Source of the DNA: Bispira polyomma
Lineage: Eukaryota
Assembly (NCBI GenBank): GCA_965649765.1
Contig: OZ287756.1
Coordinates: 43,462,001 to 43,526,000 of the forward strand
Length of the DNA: 64,000 nucleotides
Direction: 5' to 3'
Every line of letters begins with the position of its first letter. The first letter of the stretch is position 1. The notes below the pieces were generated by a model, which saw nothing but the letters and a program-made list of their open reading frames with translations, was not told the DNA's origin and searched no databases. The translations under genes were made by a program, and so were the position numbers. This document shows, one piece after another, positions 14,901 to 27,400 of the stretch.

Positions 14901-17900
14901 ATGGCAGCGGAATCTAGGCATATCCCATAATCCCCAGACAGTCTGGATACACTGATCTGGAAAGGAAAGTATAGAAGTCATTTGTAAAGACAATTATGGC
15001 TGTGTTTTTTTGTTGTTCTAATTTATTGGCATTTTGTCTGTAGGGGTTATTTATAATATAGAACAGCCATATTATATTGCATCATTCAAGATATGCTGTT
15101 GTGGTGTGTTTGTTTACAATAATATTATTTATTATTATCATTGGAGATATGTTATTCTTCTTTAGTTTTAACCACAAAATGGTGAAAATGAATTAACTGT
15201 TATGCAGGTTATTATTTTAACCAAAGAAAACTATTATTACTATTACTGATCATGTCATTTGTCATACTTTTCATTTTAACAAAAAATTTAAAAAATATAT
15301 ATAAAGGTAATCAAGGATGTTACAATACGATAACTGATTCAATTAAAGGTAGTGACTTTTGTGTTCTATCAGGAAAAGGTCATGTATATTTTAATCCTTA
15401 CGATGCACGAACAAGCTATCCAGATCACCAAACCTGTCACTTTAAGGTACTGACTTTAACTTCTAACAGAATTTGAATAGTGAATCCTAGGTAAGCAAAT
15501 TTATGTGATCCCTGTGGTCTAGTAATTGGAGTGTTGGTCTGATGACAGAAGTTTTTGGTTCTATTCCCGATACTGACCGCTAGTTTCATTTGGTGAGATA
15601 ACATCCTTGGGTAAGATGTGACTACAAGTTTGCCTAGTGGCTCAGATAATATTTTAAAATGGTGGTCACCCTGTCACTGAGCACTAACTTCAGTGGCAGA
15701 ATAAAGATCCTTGGGGATGTTTTTAAAATGTCATCCTTAAGTTAGCCTCTGCACCCATAGTGGCAGCCCCTGAGTAAGCGCATTTACAAGGACACAGTGT
15801 TCTGTAAGTGCGCTATAACAAATGTCCTATTTCATATAAATTATAAGCTGTCAATACAATTTAAAGTTATCTTTGTTCAAAACTCTGATATGTAGGTAGT
15901 TTTATCACAATACGATATTTTAATGAGGCTCAAAACAGACAATCAGTTGTTTAAGACACGTTGTCCCTAAATAGAGGCAGTAAGAAAATGAAGCATAAAT
16001 AAAGAGTATTTTGATAGACAGCCATGCTATACGTTCCACTACCTTATTTTAAATTAGGGTTTATAATCTGATATGGCACCCAATGATGTCTCATCTGACT
16101 TGACAATTAACACCACAACCTAGGTTCTTCCAACTGTTCACTCTCAGTTCTGGAGTATGCATATGACACCCATTAGTGACCAAGTACATATTTAAACACC
16201 TGGATGCAGAAAGACCAGGCAGTATCTTCAGACTTTCAGTTTTAATACAGATTAAGTATATATTAAGTATTGTATCTTGTTCGTCAGACTATTTACCATA
16301 TACTAAATATAATTTATCGCACATTTGATTTTACCAGCCCAGGAAGAAAAAGGTTTCGCTGTGACATTTATATTCTACCTTTTTGATGCTGATCGAGGTG
16401 AGATGTCCCGGTAACACCAGATAGCCCTCATCAGCAGGGAATGGCATTCTGGACTGAGGGTGTATAGTCACTGAGACACCTGCTCCCTGACTCACACCTG
16501 CCAAGTACTCGTCTTGTTGAATGTTGAGGAGTAACTCCAGTCCTGGACAAAAAATAGTGGCAAAACATTTTTATTGGTTTAGACTAAGTCACATGACTCT
16601 ACCCTGAGTATATGAGAAACATAGTCAGCTTTCATTGGTTTAGACATGATCACATGACTACTCTGAGTAAATAAAAAAACCCTGATGTGTCATTGGTTTG
16701 GACTTAGTCACATAACTCTACCCGAGTATATGAGAAACACCCTCAGCTTTCATTAGTTCGAACATGGTCACATGACAACCTTAAATATGTAAGAGAACCA
16801 CTGATTGCATTGGCTTTAGAGAATCAATAGACTCCAGCCTTAAAGGTTGAGAAAAGCCCTTGGTTTGCATTATTTTAGGGAGTCATGAGCATATGAGAAA
16901 AACCCTAAATTGTCAGTGAAAAAGATATAATAATTAATAAAATGTGTGCAACAAAACATTTTAAATATTTATAACTTGTATCTACACATTGCGCAAGATA
17001 TTGAGTTTTAATGAATATGTATATCATGCTGCACAAAACAGTTTAACTGTATATTTATTTTATCTTAAGCAGTTTAACTTTTGTGAATATTTCATCCTTA
17101 GAAAGTCTTTAAACTATGTATCTCTGGTGAACAGTACATCCATTATTTTACTGTCACCATTGTTCAGATGTCTTCGTTTTATCACATCTAATCATACAAA
17201 CCTAAACTGCTACCAGTTCTAGACGAGGTGTAAAAAGGCCTAGAAATGTTCCAGTTCCAGCCAGAGTTGAACACATAACAGTTGCCATAGAGGGAATCAA
17301 ACAAATAGCCAAAATCTCTGAAACATATGAATCAAACCAGTAAAACTAAAACTTATAAATTTTAGCAACAAATAATATGCTTTGCGTACCTGTATGATAT
17401 GTTTGAACATTCAAACATGGGAGTCCCATTATTTCAATGCTTTTCATGATAACACTGACTCACATCAACTCAAATATTATGATTATTATGCATTTTCAAC
17501 ACGCTTTATTGATGCATGTTCTAAAGCACAACAGCAAAATCAGTGATCGAATTGTGAAGTCCATGGGCATAGCAAGGTCGTAAGGAATGATGTGGGGGAA
17601 TACAAGAGTGAAACTAAGGTGGGTAGGCAAGGTAAAAAAGATAGGTTTTGAGCTTTTTCCTAAAATCAAAAAGTGTATCTACTGATCTGAGGTCAACTGG
17701 GAAACTGTTCCATAACAAGAGAGTTGCAATAAAAAAATATCCGGATCCCACCTTCCTGGTGGGTCTAACCGAAGACAATTAAAATAATATTAGAATAATT
17801 TATTTAAGAATATATATTAAAATTTATTTAAGAATATTAGCATAAAATCTATGTACATTTGTGTTGTCTCCATCTTATCTACACCTATCTCAACTACAAC

Positions 17901-20900
17901 TGAGACTCTTGCTTATATATCAGTTTCCATATTTCTTTCCAAAATAAATAATAGAAAACGTCAAGCTTCTTGAATACAACCCTAAGTCTAGACTTCCTTT
18001 TAGCTAATCCCGACGTTGGCCGATTTATTGAAATCCGAGCCGACATCATTTTTGTTGAAAAATTGGGATGACCTTTTGACTTTTTTGTCCTTGATCGATA
18101 ACATCTGATGGGGAATCAGATATCTGCCGACATCGGATCAGATCCGATGCAAATGTGTTGAAGGAAGCACTTCCTAACACATACAGTGATGGAAATATTC
18201 GAGCAAAATATGCTGAAGGGAAGCCTAGGCTTAATGTTGAATTTAAATATTTGGTTGCAGCTACAATGGTTTCTAAATATACAGGGATTTTTACATAGCT
18301 TTTTCTAGACCCTTTGTTTGAACTGTACTTTCACCACCAATGCAGAGGCAGTTGCCACTTTGGTATATGCTTTAATAGTGTGTGCAAAGAAAAAAACTAG
18401 ATGAGGAACAATTAGAACATCCAAGGTTGTTGTTAGTAGGCAATTGTGTGTACAAGGATGTCATCCCACCAAAGAACCTAGTGGAATTAGTAGGAGTTGA
18501 ACCAGAGACCTTCCACATACCAGACCACCATCAACCGGTTAACCATACCAACTCCCTATCCACTAGGCCACAGTAGACCATAATTGTATTGATTTGAGAC
18601 CAAACGTGTTGAACCCCAAACTTAACTAAACCAAACTTAACTAAATCAAACTTAATTAAACCTCTTTCAGAGTTCAGATTAAGTTTTAATAAAGTTTGGT
18701 TTTACATCACTTTCAATAGCTTTAGGTCATATCACAACGGCCAATTTTAACAGTGGAGAAAACCACCAACCAATTGCAAATACCTGAAAAATACTAACGT
18801 TTGTTGACATTCCTTGCCCTGAAATCCACAGTAGAGTACAAACTCGCTGTAGGTGTAACCCATCTCCCTCTTAATCTCGTCCTCTTCATCAGCTAGTTCC
18901 TCTAGAAAGTCTGACTGCTTCCTGAAGTCTTCTCTCAAGGGCTCTTCTCTGGTGTCAGTAATATAACCACAGTCATATGACTGGTTAAATGTCATGTGAT
19001 TTACCTCTCACTTTTTAATGTAGAAATAGGGGTACATTCTAACAGAAAGATGATTTAGTAAATAATCTCTCATAGAATCCTTAGTACATCCGTCCCAATG
19101 TACGTTATAACTGTTTATCAGTAAAACAAGCAATAATTAGAACATTTAATAATGTACTTTAAACCTGTCATTACACTAAAATAGAACACATAAAATCATC
19201 ATCATGTGAATTAAATAATATACAATTCAAACATTTAAGATCTCTAGTTTTTAATTTTATTCCAATCTCAAGTTTGGTTAGTTTTGCTGGCCAATCGATA
19301 GTTTTTTGGTGTCACAAGAAACGGAGGAGGGGTAGTGGGCTATTTGCCACTAGAATGATGATTACCTGAAGACATCACGTTCCACATTTGCTGTTCCAGT
19401 AGTATGTGACTCTGTTGTGTTTTCAGCAATGACTGGTGTGGTTTCAGGTTCTGTATCACATTATCGTTACGTGAATTTGAATGTATTTTAAGTTTTACAT
19501 CACTTTCAACAGCTTTGTTCATATTGCGACGGCCAGTTTAGTGGTGAGGAAAATTAGTGTTGAACCACTGTAAACCACCTATCGACACCAAGTACCTGAC
19601 AAACTTTCTCACATAAGAAAGGATCCTGTGGGATTTAATCCTCAGAGAGGAGAGACCTGTGATTTTAAAGCAGACACTTATAAAAACTAGGCCACCGCGG
19701 CCCATATTTATATATATATATATATATGTTACAAAGTACTAGGAGTTCGACAATGTCAAAAAGTAAAACAAAATTCTGAATCCTCTCTTCTACCAGTAGC
19801 CATTGCAAAATATTATGTACTCTTCGCTGTGCATGTTCCATACTGTACTAAAGTTTATGGAAATTGGTTTAGCAGTGGTTTTATAATCCTGATGACAAAC
19901 CAACCAATCAAACAAGGCATGTGGCAAAAACATAACCTAATTGGCACAGGTAAGTCTTGTTAATTACCTGGCTTTTATTTTTATATTTCCACAGGTTTAC
20001 TGATTCTAATGTTGCGTCTTAGGTGATGCCTAGCATCAATAAGGTGCATTAAAAATGTACAATACAATACAATAATACAAGTAGATTCTATTATTCGAAT
20101 ATATTTGGAGAGATAGATTTGCTCCCAATAATAGGAGGTTCACAATTTAGAAAAGTCATTTTAGTATCAAATAATGGAAATTTGTAACAATGAAAATATG
20201 TTCCAAAATTGAAATATTCGGATAATTCAGAAGTTTGGATAATAGAGCTTTCATTGTAAGTAAAACATATACTGTTTATTCTATATCAGTAACACATATT
20301 TATTCACTGAACAAAAAATATTTCACTGCCAAAATATGCAGGAATAAGGAGTTTCTTTTGTACACACTTGTTGCAATGTATTTAAGATATATTACATACT
20401 ATGTGATCACCTATGGGCATCCCCAAGCCCATGTTGCAGCACCAACCCCATGGAACAATTTACCAGCCCCAAAAAATCCCAGGAAACCCTATCTGGGTAT
20501 GTTTGTAATGCATTCCCGTGTCATGGATTCGTATCTTTGTACTGTCAAGTATGTCGGAAAGTTGGCAGTAGACTTGCTGAAGGCCCACAGTTTGCAGAGC
20601 AGAAAACTTTGACCAACTATCCTACTCCCTGCTTTCCTCCACCAGTGAACTGCCACTGTTACCCAGGAATGTTCATTCAGTATAGTGGAATACAACTCAT
20701 TTAGTGGCGTAAGGGGTTAAACTTAAAATATAACTAAGCATAGCATTCAGTGCTCACCCAATGTTGACTGGCACACAAAACTATAGTCATCTGAACAGGG
20801 TCTGGTGTTCCAGGTTCCTTGTCTATTGATAATCACACAGTTAGAGGAAGTACCTGAAACATCAACATCATTTGAATTGAATTCAACACTAAAAGCTCTT

Positions 20901-21441
20901 CTTATAATATCTATTCTGGTTATCTGGGTAGGGTAATTCCCTTTATGTTTTTGCAATAACCAAGTTACAATAAATTCAAATACCCTATCCAGATAACCGG
21001 AATAGATACAATAAATATAGTGTCATTTTATAAATAGGTTATTGTAGAAATAAATTCCCTGAGTGTGTACTTTATTAGAGATTAAATGACAGCTTTACTG
21101 GCAGAATAATGAGCGAGGGTTGACAGGCCCCGAGTGCAATATGGCGGGAGACAGTCCTTTAATCTCCAATAAAATAAAGGTCGAGGAATTTACTTCTATT
21201 ATAAAGGCTGGTAATAGTATATTTTAAAGCAAATAATAAGATATTTTAAAACATACTGTAAACAATTTTTGTTGTATCACTTCTTTTTTGCGAATTGTGC
21301 ACTGACGGCTTTATGGTTGGCTGCGCACTTCCGGTTTTAATAATGTACAGTTGACACTTTGATATGACAAAATGTCGCCCCTTTTGACATGCATCACTCA
21401 TTTGTTGACTTTGCTCACTAGATATTGTTATTATGTAAATA

Positions 21442-21484
<43 letters not shown>

Positions 21485-24400
21485 TTTTGATATATCAAAA
21501 AGATGTAAAATATAGATGACTCTGGTTCATAAGCTGCTACATTAGACCCATACATCTGCATTGTAATTGCAATGATGACAGACAATAAATATTATAAGAA
21601 TAAAAAATACCGGAAGGCCTGAGTGCAACCCCGCAGATTGTTTAAAATTAGTATAAAACACAAGTTTAAGTATTTTATTCCTACTCTAACATGATAAAAC
21701 ATTACTTTTGATTAAAAGGACAAAGACAACTTGTTACTACTCCATAGACGGTTTCATGTTGTGGCTGTTCCATCATATAAACGTATGTCAACTCAAATTG
21801 CAAAACAAAAGCCAAAAATGCCAAATATTTAATAAAAACTCAAAAATATGGTGAGAAAGCTTATTTTATAACGATTACTGTGCTTTTTATTTCATTAAAA
21901 TCCATCGAGAAATAGCTCAGATATTTAAGTTTAAATACGAAAGAGTATCAGGGAGATTCATGGAACATCGTAAATAACATACCGTACATTGTCTACAGTG
22001 TTTTATACAGAATTTATACATTGTGCAAAAGACGTGATCATGGGTGTTGCGCAGCTTACCATTTTAGAATATTGATTAAAGTTATACTGATCAGCAAATA
22101 AACTACCACAGCCCAAAGAAGTTTTTATATAGCTATTCTACATGGTATCTGATTTCATCATTGCTAAAACTTATAGGTTCATGTGTAAATCAAATGTAAT
22201 AGGTAAATTTATTTACTTTTTGTAGCAACTAGTTTGGAGGAGTACAAAAGTCTCTGCTATCTTGATTTATCAACTCAGTATATCGATATATCGACTTTGG
22301 TATCAGGATTCAGCAACTTACTATCTCAATAAATCAATGCTATCTGAGATTGGAAGCAGATGTTTGGCCCTTTTTCCATTACCTCCATTGGGTTCCTGAT
22401 CCTCCAACCTCCAGTTAGACCAATCCAAACCTGAGCCATCAACCCATTCCCATTGACCTTCTACACTCAGGTCAGTGAGGCCAGAGTAAAACTCCCTGTC
22501 AACAAGTGTATAAAACACAGCATCATAGTTTTTTTGTGTATTTTATATCATTAGCCTTCTTCAAAAAACAAATTATTTTTCAACCCATCATATACATGTG
22601 GTCCCAAGAAGGTTGTGTTGGTGTACACAGAGACAATTAGGCCAGGTAAGTTTGGAAAGACAGGTTGTATGTCTGTGACAGTCTGTTGTAGCGCATATTT
22701 GCAGGAAGATGAAAGTCGCTAAGAATTTTATTTAAACGGCTACGTTTAGAGAGATTATATTTTGAGCGGCTTAAGTGGCGAGACAAAAGGTTTATATCCA
22801 GTCATAAGGGTGGTTTATTTTGAAGTCCTGTTTTTTCGGCTGCTGTCATGATTGTTTAGCTTGTAATTGTTACATATAAGGACATTGTGGTATGTTAAAT
22901 CACTCTGCTAAAGTGATTTATTTATAGATTTAAGGAAACCCTAAGCTTCTAGAAGCTAGTTCTATTTTGTTTCTGTTGTTATTGAAGTTGTTTTAATCTG
23001 GAACGTTCTAGGAATTGTTGTTTACATTTTCTAGCAGTGGTATATATAAGGGTTGACAGCCTGGCCACAGACTAGAGTTTATTAAGTTGGTGTGCTATAT
23101 GAACTGCTATACTGTGAAACATTATATTTCTTTTCCTTTGGATATAAACTGATTATTATATACATTTTGTGGTGATCTCATTGGAGCGAACTGGATATAA
23201 AGTTGTGGATCTACCAGAGATCGGATTTGCTGCATATTGGATATCGTTTACGTCCTGGACTGGTTAGCTTAGTTGTGCAGACTCTCTGGATAAATACATT
23301 TTGTGTTCGTGGACACCGAACGGATAACAGGATACAGGCATTGTGTGGATACCGAGCAGATCTCAAGACAGATTGCTGGATACAGTGGACAAACTTGTTT
23401 AATTGTTATTTACGTGGACAGGACTGTGGTCAGGTCAGATTGGTTTCATTATTGTATTATTGTATGAACTATTAAGAGTATCTCAGTTGACTGTAATTGT
23501 AATTGGTTTTTTTGTTAAATTAATTTGTTAAGTAAAACTTTTTGTCTTTTCCTGTTACAACTTGAAAGCAACCGGTAATTGCTACCACGCTTGCTCCCGT
23601 GACCGTAACAGTAATGCTTGAGTGGAAGATGAGTTGTGCTGTGTTCCGGTTGGTTATTGAAAGGATAGTTGCACATGGTCCAATGAATAAGTGACTGCTT
23701 TGAAATTAATGGGTGTTGGGATTATAGTCTCATTTGGTACATCATTTTATTATCCTTTTTAGTTTTTGTATACCAAGGTAATGTTGCTCTGCTATAATAT
23801 GTTATGTAGAAGTTTTCTATTCTGGTCATGTATGTAAAAGTGAATAGACCTTTTTTAATGGGATATATCAAACTAAGCTATGATATATTCCCTAGTCATT
23901 TATTATTGGAATAGTTGGGTATTTATTTTAATTCGTTTAACTATGGTACCAGTACTCTTGTAAAGTTAAATGATAAGGTAATGACTTCAAACAAAGAAAA
24001 ACATCATTGTATGCAAGTGTTTTGTGCCGCCTTTGAGATGCAGCCCAAGTGTTGGGCGTCTTGCTGTCAGTGTAGATTTACTCTGTGACTGGTATGTTCC
24101 ATAACTGAAAAAACAATATGTAAGACATTCTTTTACTCTGCTCGACGCAACTCTTAGTCAAGCCCAAACCCCTGTGAGAAGGTCTAGCAATATGTCTAAT
24201 ATATAAAGTATTTATACTCATACATACAAAACAATAAATTTGGACCAACCAGTTTATCTCAAATTACACATTACATTCATACAGTTGATATGATATCATA
24301 GATTTTTGACATGCCAAATTGATTGTAGGCATCTTCTAAATTGTCAGTTGTTAAAATCGTAGTCCATTTCCAATGTAAATTCATGATCATTGACATGGAC

Positions 24401-27400
24401 GAGTAAGATTTCTACGGATGAAGAGATAGGCCTTAAGGTTGCTTCTGAAACCAGAGAAGGTTTTTTGGGATATTATATTAGCTGATTAATTGTTCCATGT
24501 TGTTGGTGCTGCAGCAAAGAAGACGTAGTATCCAATCCATTTACTAGTTCTGGTATCAGAGACTAAGATTCTGTTTTAAGCCTGCTGCAAGACAGCAATA
24601 AGGCAAGATATGGGTGCTTGCAAAAGTTGACAGCTTAAGATAGAATGGGCGTGAACATGATGCAGTACTTGATAGGTAGCCCATGGAGCCTTTTGAGAAG
24701 AGGCACACACTGACGCATAATCCCACACAACTCTGCACAAGTGATTCTGGATAGACTGTAACATTTGCAATCGGTATTTTTGCAGTGCAACAAGTAGAGA
24801 ATTGCAGTAGTTCTAACGACTAATTCATTGAAGGTACACTCGATTTAGAGTAACCCTGATCAGAATTTTTTGTTATAACTAGGATTGCACTTGGGTATTC
24901 AAGAAAATTATGATTATTATTATTATTATTAATTTTTAACGTGCTTTATTGATGCTAGACATCTTCTAAAGCACAACAGCAGAATCATTAATCCAATCAT
25001 TAAGTCCATGGACCTAGCTCAGCCGTAAGGAAGGAAGTGGGAGCATGCACGAAAGAAGCTAAGGTGGGTAGGCTAGATTAAAAAGATAGGTTTTAAGCTT
25101 TTTCCTAAAACCATGTGTCAACGCTCTGAATCCCACCTTCCTGATGGGTCTGACCAAAGAAACTGAGAGTCTGTTGCCTATCTTATGGTTACTATATGTG
25201 AGAGGGGAAGCAAGGTAGCGCGGGCTGTTGAGTGACTACAGCCTTGAAAGTGGCAACGTGAATCTTGAACAAAATACGAGAAAGAATAGGCAGCCAGTGT
25301 AATTCGAGGTAAGGAGTGACGTCCGTGCGAGAACCCAGGTGAAAAATAACCCTGCATAAGTAGTTTTGTATGGACTGGAGCTTTTTAATGTGAGACTTGT
25401 TTGCTTCGTACAGAAGAGAGTTGCAGTAGTCGAGGCAGCTCACAAGGGCATTAGCCACAGTTATTGCTCTGTCCATTAAGAGGTGGTTTCATATTCTCTT
25501 GATGTCGTGTCTATAGTAAAAGCAGGAGCGACAGAGGTTGGCACTATGAGTGTCGTACGAAAAAGCTGAATCAAACGTGACACCCAGATTTTTGGCATTT
25601 TCGGAAGGTAGTATGTCTTTTCCCAGCAGAGAGATGTGAAACAAAGATTCTAAGAGTTCACTGTCTTTCTTGTACCCTTTGAGAATGAATTCAGTTTTGT
25701 CCGGGTTAAGTTTTAGTTTGGAGTAGGTCATCCATGCCTGGATAGCGGACAGACAGTCTGCAAGTGGTTCAATATTTGTATTTGCGTTTTGTGGGTTGAC
25801 AGTGAGATAGACTTGAGTGTCATCTGCATACATGTGATGTTTTATATTATGATTATTGATGACAGTGCTGAGAGGATGTGTATAAAGGGTGAAAAGTAGA
25901 GAGCCAAGGACAGACCCCTGGGGTAATCTGTGTGGTAGGTTTATAGAAGATGACAGATGACCATCTAATTGAATTTTTTGTGCCCTAAGATTAAGGTAGG
26001 ATCTGATCCATTTAAGTACACTGTCTTTTATACCACACCACTGTTTGAGAGTGTCGAAAGCTGCCGAGATCCAGAAGGGTGAGGGACACCGTGTCATTGC
26101 GGTCCAGTGCAAGATTGGTATCATTGCTGATAGAAAATAGGGCACTTTCTGTAGAGTGGAATTTTCTGTAAGCAGACTAGTGGTAATTTTCAATGTTTTG
26201 TCTATTTAGGTGGTCCGAAATTTGTTGTGCTACAGCTTTCTCAATAACTTTTGAGACGAAGCCGGTCTGTAGTTTTTGAGCTGGTATTTATCAAGCCGTT
26301 GTTTTTTATCAAGGGAGTTACTTTTGTAGTCTTGAAACAGATGGGAAAAACACCATCCCGAAGAGAAAAATTTAATATGTTGGTTGTGGGTGTGACAAAA
26401 ATGTCAAGGCATTGATTTAAAATAACTGCTGGGATAGGATCTAATTAACAAGATTTAATAGGATAGGATTTCATGAGTTTTAGAACATCCTGCTCTGACA
26501 GTGTACTGAAATGGAACAGGTTAGAAACCTTATATCCTGGGGTTGCAGGACTAAAGTGAGTCATTGATAAAAAACCGTTACGAATTTTCCAAATTTTTCA
26601 GTTAAAAATGTAAAGCAGTGATTTATGGAGAGAAATTTCTCAGATGCTCAGAATTTTGTTTATAGAGGCCCGTAAGCTTTTGGGATTGTTCTGATTTTGA
26701 CTGATGAAAATGTCATAATGTTGCTTTTTGGCCTCAGATATTAGCCTGTTGTAATTCTTTGTGGCGATACGGTAACGGCTTCTGTCAAAGGAGGATTTAG
26801 TACGTCGCCATTGACGCTCAAGTTGGCATTTGCGTCTTTTGGCCTCTGTAATGGCGGTGTTGGTGCATTCATGGGGGTTAGTTGGGGGAAGGGTTTTAGA
26901 TACTCAAGGCGCATGTTTATCAAGGATAGTAGAAAGGCAGTGATTGTATTGTAAGCTAAGGCTATCAGCATTTTTGCAAGGATTTTTTAAGAAATTTGTT
27001 TCCTGGATGTCGTCTCTAAATTTGTTCATATTGATTTTTCTGATGTTTCTGTATTTTATCACATGAGCTTTTTGTGAGGCAGGTACTGGTAAATTTAAAT
27101 AGGCAAAGGTTGCTAGGTAATCCGAAATCAAATCAGTTACCCCTGAGTCAGGAGAAAAAGGTAGATTGGCATTTTGAATATGACAAAAAGGTCAGATAAA
27201 AGCGAGTATAAGTTTGAAATCAATACAGACCATAATCGCACACTTGCTCCATTGCATACTGTAACATTTATGATGCTATTGAACAGGTCCAAGGACCAGA
27301 TGGTTTTCTTATAGCGTTATCACTTTACTTAACAAGCTAATGAAAGGTATTATTGGTGTAATTAATCACCCAGTTCCAATGAAGCCATGCTTATCTAGGA

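Noticed and set aside
19008-19010. TGA as a selenocysteine codon
   Set aside because: I could not recognise a SECIS element in the 3' UTR, and the position does not align with a conserved Cys.
19005-19038. 34-nt micro-exon (phase 1->2) followed by a 56-nt intron, as another way to avoid the TGA
   Set aside because: Formally possible only if exon 7 is skipped; it needs a very short intron and has no supporting similarity. Kept only as a minor alternative.
23203-23475. 90-aa ORF duplicated at 60585-60857
   Set aside because: Lies inside the LTR; the duplication reflects LTR homology rather than a protein gene.
24000-24104. Possible extra exon on the minus strand (acceptor ttttttcag at ~24105) between lectin exons 4 and 5
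   Set aside because: No suitable donor before a stop codon, no CTLD similarity, and exons 4 and 5 already join in phase without it.
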